NCBI RefSeq assembly: GCF_964188315.1
Contig: NC_135656.1
Location: 68,820,001 to 68,884,000 of the forward strand
Direction: 5' to 3'
DNA length: 64,000 nt
Source: Podarcis muralis
Taxonomy: Eukaryota
Each line of letters begins with the position of its first letter. Positions within the stretch are counted from its first letter, which is position 1. The translations under genes and the position numbers were made by a program. Below, in pieces: positions 36,927 to 48,856 of the stretch. The notes under the pieces are model-generated. The model was not told the origin of the DNA. It did not search any database and saw only the letters and a program-made list of their open reading frames with translations.

Positions 36927-37639
36927 CTTCACTCTCCTGCTGGGTGCTACCCAGGACCTAGACTCTGAGACTCTCAGCTTCCATTTTAACAAAGAGCACA
37001 TTTCCATCCTTTGCGGTTGTGCAGGAAAGCTTCAAAAGACATCAGACGTGTGTTCAGCATGCTCAGAAGCCAGTGAAACAGCTAGGTGGGGCTTCCAGTG
37101 GTCAAGGGTGAGGCTTCTGTGCTCTGCTGCTTCCTGTCCCCTCCCCATAGTCCTTGCTTCTGTGTCTCTCTTTCCTCCCCTTTTACTGCCGTCACAGTCC
37201 CTGCAAGCATATTCTGTGAAATGACATTTGCAATGAGAATAACTTGTGCCAACCAAGAACATACAAGCTAATGTGGATAATTAACTGTGATCTTTTCTTT
37301 GGTGCTGTCTTCTGCCCGTGCCCATGTCCTGCTGTACTTAAATTAGATTTGAGCTTACACATTCAAGGCAGAATGCAAGAACTTCAAAAGGCCAGGCACA
37401 GCCGGTGATTAGGTGCCCCCAGCCAGCCTGAAATGTGGCAGGAAGCTTTCATGTCAATGAGTCATCTCTGTATAAGCAATTTGCACTCATATTCTAAGAA
37501 ATAATGCAGCCTAGCCAGGAAAGGTTAAAAAATTAAAAACAGCAGTAAACGCTGATGCATATTGATTGAAATTCTTTTCCGGACACATGATCAAAGTTGT
37601 TAGTGCAGTAAACATGCAGCTGTTAGCCACTGGCTAGGC

Positions 37640-37874
37640 CAGGGGTAGGCAACCTAAGGCCCGGGGGCCGGATGCAGCCCAATCGCCTGCGGACGGTCCG
37701 GAAATCAGCATGTTTTTACATGAGTAGAATGTGTCCTTTTATTTAAAATGCATCTCTGGGTTATTTGTGGGGCATAGGAATTCGTTCATTTTTTCTTCAA
37801 AATATAGTCCGGCCCACCACATGGTCTGAGGGACGGTGGACCGGCCCATGGCTGAAGAAGGTTGCTGACCCCTA
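37640..37874. mobile_element. hAT (Charlie-like) MITE with perfect 8-bp TSD
   Basis: caggggtaggcaacct...aggttgctgaccccta; TSD ggctaggc at 37632-37639 and 37875-37882. Confidence 0.88.
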
Positions 37875-38182
37875 GGCTAGGCAGAGCCCAGACATCTTCG
37901 CTCCAGGATGTGCTTCAGTTGCAGCAACACCACATTCCCCGTTCTGTACATGCCGTGCTCTGAATCTGAGAAAATTAATTTTGTCTCCCAGATAGCACAT
38001 GCACCATTATTGCGATTATTGCTGTAATGTGATTATATAAGTGTTAGGGGCACCTACTTACTGGCAATGAGAATGGTGATGAGCAATTATAACTCCCACA
38101 CTGCTTCTGTCTGTACAATTGTGTGGCTTTCCTCTTAATTTTGTTACATATCTATTTGCAAACATTCGCCTAGCATGTAGAA

Positions 38183-38318
38183 CAGGCTTCCTCAACCTCG
38201 GCCCTCCAGATGTTTTTGGCCTACAACTCCCATGATCCCTAGCTAGCAGGACCAGTGGTCAGGGATGATGGGAATTATAGTCTCAAAACATCTGGAGGGC
38301 CGAGATTGAGGAAGCCTG
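38183..38318. mobile_element. 136-bp palindromic hAT MITE with perfect 8-bp TSD
   Basis: caggcttcctcaa...ttgaggaagcctg; TSD atgtagaa at 38175-38182 and 38319-38326. Confidence 0.92.
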
Positions 38319-40034
38319 ATGTAGAACACAGAAATCTGCTTCATGCTGTGTCAGACCATTTGCCCATCTAGCACTGCACACAGACAACAGCTTTCCAGGG
38401 TCTTATATTGGGGTCTTTCCCAGCCATATGTGGAGATGCAAGGGATTCAACCTGGGACCTTCTGCATGCAGAGAAGATGCCTTACCATGGAGCTACAGCC
38501 ACATCCCACTGTGAGTGACACAGGTGCTGCTATTGATGCTTGTTATGAGGAACTGAACACACCAGTTAGGCTGCATATAAAGTTTGATAACCAGAGCTAA
38601 AAGCTCTAGGACAATGGAGTCAAATTCTCTCTGTGAAGCCTATTTTTGTTCCCTCTTGGTTGCTAGGCAGTGGTGTAAGAAGAAAAACAATCTATTGTGC
38701 CAGAATGCCATCCTGTGTGCGCCCGGATATGCCAAGCTGGCATTCAGAGGCACACAGGCCAAAGCAGCAAGTGTTTTTCCCCTGACATCAGCTCTGCTGT
38801 CCAGTTGTATTAATATCAGCATATACTTGTTTTGGGAACCACATGCCACTTTTGAGAGCTACGTTGTGGCTTTCGGTGCTATTTCCTTATCAGGGATTTT
38901 TCCATTTTTACTATTTTGAGAACAGAGCTGATTGCAGAGTAACCAAGAAACATCATGTGCCCATGGTAACCAACTGGTCAAGCAATGCTGACCACCAGTC
39001 TCAGGATGATGCTTGCAATGAGAGTATCCATCTACACTGCTAATGGATGCAATCTCTGTTAACTGCGTTAGTGCTGAATTCCCTTGTATTGCCCCTCAAA
39101 GATTCATAAAAAGGGGGCTCTGTATTTCTCTGCCCAGTTGTTCTGCATGTGACTCTACCTGGACAGTGCTACAGCTGTACAATAAACTTACTCTTCTCTT
39201 TTCGCTACTCATGAATTGTACACTCTCTTGTTGCTGCGACGGATCCAAACTTCTGGGGTTTGGAAGCAGGTAACTGAGACCATCAAGTGACTTGCAAACT
39301 TTAGGGACTCCTGTTGCTGTGCAGAAGGGGTACTCCACTCCAAAAGCTTGTGCTGTTGCCTATGTAGCCTGATCCCTTTGCCCTGCCAATTTAATACTAT
39401 TTCTTGCCCCCCAGCCTCTTTTAACTTTTCTAGTAGTAAATATTCTTTGAGTAAGTAGAGCAGGGATGGGGAACATGTTACCCTCCAAATGCTATTGGAC
39501 TACAACTCCCATCATCTCTGGCTGGGGCTGGTGAGGGTTGGGTCCAAACACAGGTCCTCAGCCCTGTTGCAGAGCGTGCCTTTTCTTCACTAAGCATCTG
39601 CCACCCATTCTCACATATGCTGAGCAAAGGTTTCTCACCAGAGTCAGCCCCACAGTACTCTAACCTTCTGACAGTACCAGTTTAGACAAGATATTTGTCA
39701 CAGGGTTTGACCTTGTGTGGCTCTTGGGGTGTCATTGCTGGCACATAGTGGGTGGAGCAGCTAGGGAGCATGGAGAGGGGCTTTAACCCTCAGCCCTCAC
39801 CATCCATCACTCTGGTCAGCATCCTGTAAATCCATCCCTGCTTCTTTACACTGGAAGGAAATCTCTTATGGGCACTGGTGAGAGCTTTCCTCTCAATGTG
39901 CGTGGCTGGTGCTGGGAAAGGGGGAATTCGGATCAGGATATTAGTATGAGCAAAGGGTGTTAGCTCACCTTCCTGAGACAACATCCCCCTTTGCACCTAT
40001 TTCCTTCTTTTAAAAAATCAGCCACACAAGTCCA

Positions 40035-40540
40035 AATGTACTATCTAGGTTAGCCCTAGCCTGGAGGCTATGGAAGCATGCATCGCTGAGGCCACTCTGT
40101 ATCTGCCAAGGCTGCTTAACCAGCCTAAGCTGGTAAAAAAAAGTGCTCTGTGCCACAGAGGAAACTTGTGCCACTGGTGACAAAATACGGTTCAAGAAGC
40201 ACCCTGAAACCATAAACTTGTTCCTCCAGAGGGAATGCAACCCCATCAAAAGTGGGATGAATACCACTCCCCTTGGCAGACAAGCCACTCACCAAGAGTG
40301 ACTCGGGTCTCATCTGCATTGAGCCTCAGTTTCTTGCCCCACATCCAGTCCATGACTGTGCTGAAGAAGCACTTGTTCAGCACTTCCTCAAAGCAGATGG
40401 AATTAGATGAATTGGGCTTCCTGCCTCACCTGTCAAAGAGAACTGGAGCTGAGGGTTATCTGCTTATTGATGACTCCTGGTGGCAAATCTCTGGATGACG
40501 TCACTCAGTCGTTTCATGTAGATGTTGAAAAGCACAAGGA
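40035..40540 (-). mobile_element. Decayed L2/CR1-clade reverse transcriptase fragment
   Basis: Broken frames read LFNIYMKRLSDVIQRF...HQ*ADNPQL (degenerate YADD), then TVMDWM... and AQVSSVAQSTFFYQLRLVKQ. Confidence 0.75.
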
Positions 40541-41284
40541 ACAAGACTGAAACCCATAGCACAAATGCTCAAGCACTACATTCTGACATAAGCTATCCGG
40601 GTAGCAGTGGAATCATTGTAAAATTGTGCCTCTAATTCTCAGTCCAGACAGTCTGTCCAGACTGAGAGGTCAAGAAGAATAAACAAGGCAGCACTCCTCC
40701 TTTCTCCTGGCATAAGTCATCCATCAGGGTGACTGAAGTAGATCCAGAAAATCAGTTGGCACCAGGTCTGTCTTGAAACTTTTTCTTAAAGAACAATGCC
40801 AAGTAGCCATTGCATCCCATTAAGCAATGGGATTTCAGACTCCCTGTCGGTTAGAATACTCCTACAATGGGCCTACAAGTTCAGAGAGCCCAGTAAATCT
40901 ATTCAAATGAAAGCTGGATCAAATTGCCTTTCGTGCAATTACATGAATTCAGAGATGCATGGAGGGTGGTTGGCTGTGGAAGGCAGCCAGTACGTGTGAC
41001 AAAAAAATTATTTTGAGGAAAAAGTGGAATGCCTTACATTTTCTTCTGGTGGGTCTAGTGGGAATCTTGCTCCTTGGTTTTTTACTATGTTCAGCAGTCT
41101 CACAATAATTAGTATTACAATATATCTATGAGGAGTGCGCCTTCCAAGAAAAGCAGCCCCACAAAACCTTAAAATGGCTCTGGTTAACATTAAAAAATGA
41201 AAACAAGTGTTTTTTCTCTCCCCCCCCCCCCAATATGTGTGTGTGTGTGTGTGTGTGTAAATTTTCTGTTTTACAATTTAAAAT

Positions 41285-41665
41285 ACTCATTTAAGCATCC
41301 TTAAAATATCAATGACTTCCCTTCTCTTTCCATGGTTCATTTTGCATATCATAAATCTCTGCATTTACAAAAACTAAACCATTCAGTGTTCCATTATTAC
41401 ATCCATCAAAACTTATTTATACTGTTGAATTTATCTTAATGCTGCCAACATTTTCAAGTGTATACAATTTACCCCCACGTACAGTTCAATAAACATTTTC
41501 CAATCTTCTCTAAACGTATGTTCTTGTTTTCTCATTCTATTTGTTAAGTCTGCAAGCTGTGCATATTCTGTCAGCTTAAGTTGCCATTCTTCTTTAGTTG
41601 GGACCTTGCTCGTTTTCCATTTTTGAGCTAACAAAACACAGGCCGCAGCAAGAGTGGTTTTTTTC
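41285..41665 (-). mobile_element. L1-like ORF2 C-terminal fragment plus 3' UTR
   Basis: Peptide AAACVLLAQKWKTSKVPTKEEWQLKLTEYAQLADLT...FREDWKMF resembles the C-terminus of vertebrate L1 ORF2. Confidence 0.65.
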
Positions 41666-41726
41666 AAGCAAGACGAGGAAAGGGCTGCAGGAAATCCTAT
41701 ATAGTAATTGAACCAAGGGTGCATAT

Positions 41727-41860
41727 TGTTGTTGTTGTTGTTGTTTAGTCGTGTCCGACTCTTCGTGACCCCATGGACCAGAGCACGCCAGGCACTTCTG
41801 CCTTCCACTGCCTCCCGCAGTTTGGTCAAACTCATGCTGGTAGCTTCGAGAACACTATCC
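41727..41860 (-). mobile_element. Short Bov-B 3' insertion with 16-bp TSD
   Basis: (TTG)n tail then tagtcgtgtccgactc...gaacactatcc; TSD aaccaagggtgcatat at 41711-41726 and 41861-41876. Confidence 0.93.
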
Positions 41861-42494
41861 AACCAAGGGTGCATATACACCATACATTTAAAGCACACAG
41901 CTTCCTCCAAAGAATCATGGGAACTGTAGTTTATTCCTCACAGAGCTTCAATTCCCAACACCCTTATCAAACTACAGTTCCCAAGATTCTTTAGGGGATT
42001 CCATGTACTTTAAATATGCATTAAATCATGTGTGGTGAAGTCTGCAGCCTTAGTTTCCACACCAAGTTTTCTTCCACTGCTGGGCCTACCATTCCTTTGG
42101 GTTGGAGCGGGGAGGACCTGAGCAACCTCGTCAGACCATCAAGTCACCCAGATAGAGAAAATTTCCACCCCCGAACTGCGTAAACTAAGATGCTAACCAA
42201 AAATACTCAAGCACCTTGTTACATGTTCAAATCTGGTTGGGCAGACAGGCATCTTTTGCCTGGAGCTTCAGGAGTGGACTGGGTCAAGCCAGGGCGACAG
42301 CTGGCAGTAGGGGGATTTACCTAGGGTATTACTAAACACCCTGGGTAAATTGAGAAACACAAGCTAATTCTGGAGTCCTAATCCTCTTCCTTCCCCCAGC
42401 TGGAGTGAGGCATGTCAGTCACGCAGTGGGGACCCAGCTACCAGCCTAGAGCGCTTCCACGGCTGGCTCTGCAGAGGATGTAGAGAGCCTGACC

Positions 42495-45400
42495 ATGGGT
42501 GAAGTGCAAAAGGTGAGTGAATTCTGATCCTGTAACAAATACGGGGGGGGGGGGGTTAGCATTCACAGAATGACTCTTTCGGCATCTACTCTCTGGCAGG
42601 ACTTGCTATCAGTCTGCTCCCCAGAACTGGTTCTACAGACCCACCATGATTACTATCTACACTTAATATCTGCAACATGGGGGCTGCAACAATGTGTTGT
42701 GGCTGTTCACTGTTTCAGTCAGCCATGCCTCCCACAGCAATATTCCCTTCTGTTCCTCCGTTGCCTGTCCCCCCCCCCCCCAATCCCTACTGAAAGTCAG
42801 CCAGAATTCTGTGCCTGCTGCACCATCTGTCCTCACTGGGCTGTTCTGGGGATCTCCATCACCAATTCCAAAATATTTCCGGTACTTCTGTAAACCTTGA
42901 GGTTCCTGCCGATAATCTCCCTCTTGTTCATGGATGGCACCATTTTGGCTACATGAGCAACAGCACTCAACCTCTCAACACAACACAAATGGAATGGTAA
43001 CCAGAAGCTGCAGAATGCAACCGTAGTGCCCATGGTGGAGGCTGGTGGGACCCTTCATGTGTGAGAGGAGCAGGGAAAATGAAGGTGGTCAAAACATGGC
43101 TATTAAATAATCTAAGGCCTGTGAAAGTGTGGGGGAGCTGACTGTTATTATGATGACTATTTTATTATTGGGCTGTCAGTATGCTTTTTGTTATGTTTTT
43201 ATCACTGATGTTCTATAAAGTATTTTGAATGTTCTACATAGCCTTGATAAAGGATAGTATATAAATTGTTGTTGTTGTGAATGGTATATAAATTGTTTTT
43301 GTTTTTGTTGTTATTTTATTTGTTCCCCATCCATCTGACTGGGTTGCCCACACATTCTCAAGCAACTTACATAAAAACATAATAAAACATTACATAATGG
43401 CTCATCATCACAAATTGAGAAAGCTGAACTTTGAGATGTTTCTCTGAAGCTGGTAAAATGGCCCCATTGTCAGCTCTGAAGCCTGGTGGGTAAAATCAAG
43501 TGACTGTCTAAGGGTGAAGGCTCAAAAACATGGTGGGCCCTCTCTAGGAGGCAACAGCTAGAATAAAGATCCCAGCCAGTAAATGCTGCTTTTGCGCCTA
43601 GGGCCTTCTCTCTGTCATCCAGAAGCTTAAAGGCTCTGAAGAGCAGGAGTTGCGAATTGTCCTCCTCGGGCTGGACAATGCCGGAAAGACTACGTTGCTC
43701 AAGAGCCTGGCATCGGAAGAAGTCAGCACCATTACCCCCACACAGGTAAGCACAGCGGCAAAGGAGATCAGCGCCGAGGGATTGGGATGGGGTGGGCGGC
43801 AAGGAGGAATTGGATAACCAGTTACATAAAGTCAGTGGAGCAGATTGGCAGTCAGGATCCTAACCAAACCCCTGCTGTTACGCTCCTCTCATCCCCACAG
43901 TGTGGAGCTCAGACACACCAGCAATAGCACCTTGGCTCTCTCAGAGCAACCCATCCCCTGTGCTTTTCAGGCAAGCCTTGTGGCTAAGACATTGTGTTGG
44001 GACGAGGGAAAATGAGTTGCTTTTATGTTCTTGTCACCAACTGGGCCCCATGCAAATTCTGTGTAGTTTGCAGCAGAGCAACAGGGTGGGGATTCTTCGG
44101 CATAGGAAGCAAGCGGCCCCTACTATGCCTCTCCCCTACCCACCTCTTCTGATTCCTTTTGTGAAGGGATTCAACATCAAAAGTGTCCACTCTCATGGCT
44201 TCAAGCTCAATGTCTGGGACATAGGAGGGCAGCGGGCGATCCGGGCCTATTGGAAGAAGTACCTGGGCAGCACAGACCTTCTGGTGAGTTGGGGCTCAGC
44301 CCCTAAAACTGCCTTTGTAGAAATTTGTCTGCCGGAACCACACAAGTTACCAAATTAAGGCAAGGCTAGCCCTAATATCCAGGGTCCTTCAGACAGCCTT
44401 TTCACTGTACATTTATGACGGCTTGTGTTCATCATGGTATGGGAACAGGGGATGGCTGCACACGATCCCATGTTCAATACTGTTACATCTGCAAAAGTTT
44501 TGGGGTGGATATACTGCTTTGTTTCCAATCGATACATGTCCCATAGCTGAAAGCCTTTAACTTTTCATGCTACAAATGTTCCAGATTTGGTGTGGTTTTT
44601 TGGTCCCACTTTTGTTCTGTTGTAATGCAAACATTCGGCTCCAGGTGGCGATAGTGTGGTAGCACTGAGCAAGCATCACAGAACAACGAATAAAGTGGAA
44701 TGATGTGTGAATGCTCAAGCATAAATCCACCTCTCATGTGTTATTATTGTATCAATGACATGTTGCACATGCAATGGAACCACTAATCTGGAAGGCCTTA
44801 GGCAGTGCCAGCTGACCGGCCTCAGATTCCAGAATTTAGAAGGTATTATCAGAGGACAACTGTCTGTTATTTTATTTACTTTATTATTATACTTCTACAG
44901 CCGCAATGTGTGGAGGGGGTGGGTAGGGCACCATTTGGATTTCATACCTTAAAAAGCAAGATGTCTTGGGGCTGCCTTAAAAGAACCAAAAAGCTTTAGG
45001 AGCTGGTAAGAGGAGCTGGGACCAAAGGAAGAATGCTGGGCTGTAAATGATTCCCTTCTTTTCCTCGTTGCAGATCTATGTTATTGACAGTGCTGACCAG
45101 AAACGCTTTGAGGAGACTGGGCAGGTAGGACAGACAGTTTACCTCCTTCAATCCCATAATTCTACCTATGACAGGAATTTGGTAATCTGGACTGTGGAGA
45201 ACTGCACACCTGGGAATGAGTGCTGTGAGGGGTGAAAATATTGTCAGATAATAGCAGAGTCTAGAAGTAGCGCCGAGGGCCTTCTGGCTGTTCCCTCATT
45301 GCGAGAAGCAAAGCTACAGGGAACCAGGCAGAGGGCCTTTTCGGTAGTGGCACCCGCCCTGTGGAACGCCCTTCCAGCAGATGTCAAAACGATAAACAAC

Positions 45401-45540
45401 TACCTGACATTCAGAAGACATCTTAAGGCAGCCCTGTTCAGGGAAGTTTTTAATGTATGATATTTTAGTGTTTTTTGGTTTCTATGGAAGCCGCCCAGAG
45501 TGGCTGGGGAAACCCAGCCAGATGGGCGGGGTACAAATAA

Positions 45541-45595
<55 letters not shown>

Positions 45596-46365
45596 GAACC
45601 CATTGTTCAGGTTGCTTGCTTGGTGTCTTAACCTCACATCTCCTTCTCCTTACCCCCTTTAGCTTAACGGGTTCAGAAGGTAGGGATCATGGGAGAATCA
45701 ACTGGATTATGACCACCACCATCATCAGGCGGCCACCCTGTGCTCATAGCAGTTAACAAGGAACAGCTATGACACATCCCTTGAAGGACAAGGCCCTACC
45801 CCTCTGGGTTTACCATTCAAAAAAGGAGTTTGTGAAACAGAGTACATTACAAGTACTAGTTCTAGGCAGAGGTGATGACAATTTGTGCCTGAATGCCACA
45901 GCTAGCAATATAACCTCCTCTGGGTGGGTCTTTATGTAACTTCAAGCAATGAGCCTGCTCAGAATCCACTGCGTTCTCTTTATCTTTGGCAGGAGTTGTC
46001 CGAACTAGTGGAAGATGAGAATCTCACGGGTGTCCCATTGTTGGTGTTTGCTAACAAGCAGGATCTAGCAACAGCATCCCCCGCAGCAGAGATTGCTGAA
46101 GGGCTCAACCTGCACACATACCGAGACCGGCCATGGCAAATCCAAGCCTGCTCAGCCCTATCTGGTGAAGGCATTCAGGTATGAAGGGGTGTGTTGTGTC
46201 TGTGAGATAACGCGGCCCATCGTGAAGTTCTGTAGGGAATGGGAAAGGGAGATGCTCATGGCTGGAATCAGAGCCCAGAAAGTGCTGCCAATCACTGTCT
46301 CTCTTTTATCTACCTAGGATGGGATGAACTGGATTTGCAGCGAGATCACAAGTCGGAAAAAATGA
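42495..46365 (+). CDS. ARL3-like Arf-family small GTPase (paralog of ARL3), 6 exons, 187 aa
   Basis: Exons 42495-42512 MGEVQK; 43602-43745 [10 protein letters not shown]...[12 protein letters not shown]...TPTQ; 44167-44283 GFNIKSV...WDIGGQR; 45074-45124 [17 protein letters not shown]; 45993-46178 ...VFANKQDL...[15 protein letters not shown]; 46318-46365 [15 protein letters not shown]. All G1-G5 motifs are intact and the peptide is closest to ARL3. Genomic context is unlike the human ARL3 locus, so it is probably a paralog. Confidence 0.95.
45267..45595 (+). mobile_element. L2-like LINE 3' end with (TTA)n tail (45541-45595)
   Basis: Colinear with the split copy at 656-1459; simple-repeat tail. 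Confidence 0.75.
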
Positions 46366-47799
46366 AAATGCTGAGCACAGGAATGGATTTTCATATCTAC
46401 AGAATCCCCAGAGGCCACAGCCTCAGTCTTAGTGGTGCACAAAAGTTCATAGCAGAAGGTACCATCAGGACCTGGCCCAAGATTCAAAGATGAGAAAGGA
46501 TGTTGAACTGAAAGGATTTCCTGAGTTTTCTGAAATATCTGACCTAATAAGTAAATCTCCTCCTGCAAGCATACCGTAATAAGGGATGCAATACTAGATT
46601 TTTGAAAATCGTCCTGGAACTATAATTGTGATCATGTCACAAAATGGCGAAAATGAACTTAAAGCAAAAGATCCATATTCTCACTGGACAGATACTGACT
46701 ATAGACTCTGCAAACAACTTGGTATGATAAGCTCACCTTACTAATGTACTAGATACACCCATTACTTTCAAATAAGCTGTACAAAACGTTTGCACTTGGC
46801 CATCACTGGACTCCATGAATGAATTCTACAGCTTCCAGCCTTGCACTTCTATTTACATTCCCTTTTGCATTTACTGATGACAGCAAAAGTTCTCTAAGGC
46901 TAAGTAGCTTTACAATTTCCTTCATTCCTAACTGGGCCACAAAATCCACAGGAAACAAGCCAGGCACACAGATCTCAAGGGGAAACATTTTTTCCCATGT
47001 TAATACCCTCTCCTGTAGAACTGACCTGGAAGAGCTGCGGCAGAAAATAATCCCTGAAAATTGTGGGCTGGAACTAGGTGTGATTCCTGAGCATCCAACA
47101 AAAGACAGAGAAAAATTAGACTGTCCACTTCTCTGGACTGGAAAACAAAAGCACCACCCTGCCAAACTTTTATCTACCCATGAAGATATTTGTAGGGGAA
47201 AGCAGGGGCAAAGATTGCACACCCTAAACGTGAATATGCTCCTTCTCATTTAGGAACTCCCATCAGACCCTGTCCAGAGGTGGAGCCATAACAGGGGCAA
47301 TTTTGTTTCAATGAAGTGGCCTGTAGCCTCTAGGCTGGTAATTTCTGAATTGGTGGTTCAAAAGATGGGTTAACTGGGACATCTTTCTCACTGCTATATT
47401 GGAGTTGTTTGTCTTCAATACCAGGATACACAGATCAAATGCAGGGGACTCTGGTTGTTTCCACACTAGCCATTTTCTTTGATTGTACATCAAGCAAACT
47501 CTGTTTTTATGGTGTTATCACTAGTGCCAACCCATTGCACATCAGGGTTTTCTGTGTTCCATCTTTTTCCATTCCTGGTTTGTAGTGATATTTTTTTCTC
47601 TCAAAATGCAGTTCCTGCACTAATGGAACTACAATATCCCTGAGGGTTCTAAGGGCTACCATCCATTTAGTCAATAGATTACTCCTTGCTCATTTGAAAA
47701 TGGCTAGTTGCTCTTGCTCACTCCTGGCCAAGGAATTCCTGGAAGTAAACCACACTAAATTCAATAGGACATATTTCTTTGTAGACGTGATTATGATTG

Positions 47800-48856
47800 T
47801 GTTGTTAGCCCTTAATTAGTCAGTTCTTGTTTCCTGGAAAGGAGCTTTAATTGCTGTCCAAGCAATAGCTCGTTACATTTTACTTTTTTATTCTGCTATT
47901 GTAATTGTACCAATAATTAGAAGAAGAAATTGCTGTGGCTTCAAAAAAAGGAAATCAATTAAAGTCATTTAAAGGAAGGGGAACTAATTAAGGGTCAGTT
48001 CTCTGGGCTCCTGCTACTAGAGAACAAGAAGCAACTAATTGGCTATTTTAAAAGAAAGGGGCAGGGAGAAACCTATTCATTAAAGGTACAGTTGCAGGGG
48101 AACGTCCCTCTAAGTGAAGATACAATAGGATCTTGCCAGATTTTTATGGACAATATAGCACTATGTCAAGTGCTGTGTGGAACCATAATTTTTATTTCTG
48201 CTTCCAGGTGACTGTAGTTAAGTAATGCCTTGTGTAGTTAAGTAAAGTACTAGTGTCAAATCAACTTCTAGCTGAAAAGACAATGAAATGAGGACAGTTC
48301 AAAACTAACCAAGGGAAAGGCACATAGATACATACTGTTATGAGTTTGATTGGGGAGGAAGTAGACTGTATGTGAGTTCCTTCTATCCCTTGGATCCAGC
48401 AAGCGTTAAAATATAAGCCAAGCTGGCTTCCTGGGCTGAGGTGATAGCCTGGGTGATGGGCCATTAAGGGAAACAAAGGAAAGGGGCTCTGTGTGAGACG
48501 GCACATGAGTACCCCCCAGCTTGTGGTTAGTTAAAAGGATGAAGCCAAAGTTTAGAGTTGAGTTGCAGTGATGTGAGTTAGAGAGTAAAGCAGCAAGCTG
48601 GGAGAAGATAGAGAGACAGAGCAATGTTGGATGTCTGTAAACTCCAAGACTGTGGCTATGAGAGAAACAAGAGCCTTTTGGGATGTTAATGCTGTGAACC
48701 CCTCCTTTGTAGGCTCAGGCTGTATATATGTGTAAATAAACTGTATACCCTAAAGGCACCACAGTCTTTAGTCTGCCTCATTCCCAAAACAAAACACGAA
48801 CCCTGGGTAAGTGCCTGGAATCTCGCAACTCTCGGAGATTTGGGTGGCGTGCAACA
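47800..48856 (+). mobile_element. Probable solo LTR (ERV-like)
   Basis: tgttg...gcaaca inverted ends; AATAAA at 48735 followed by a U5-like segment (accacagtc...aaacacgaaccctgggtaag...gtggcgtgcaaca). The 5' boundary is uncertain and there is no clean TSD. Confidence 0.5.

Noticed and set aside
39770-39880. Possible minus-strand exon (PATHIERKALTSAHKRF...)
   Set aside because: Splice-like sites but no partner exons or recognisable peptide; adjacent to a decayed L2.
42495-46365. Calling this gene the ARL3 ortholog
   Set aside because: Neighbourhood and switch II divergence point to a paralog, so the symbol was withheld pending phylogeny.
46803-47253. Overlapping 144 and 148 aa ORFs on opposite strands
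   Set aside because: No domain or splice support, located in the probable ARL3-like 3' UTR, and a few ORFs of this length are expected by chance in 64 kb.
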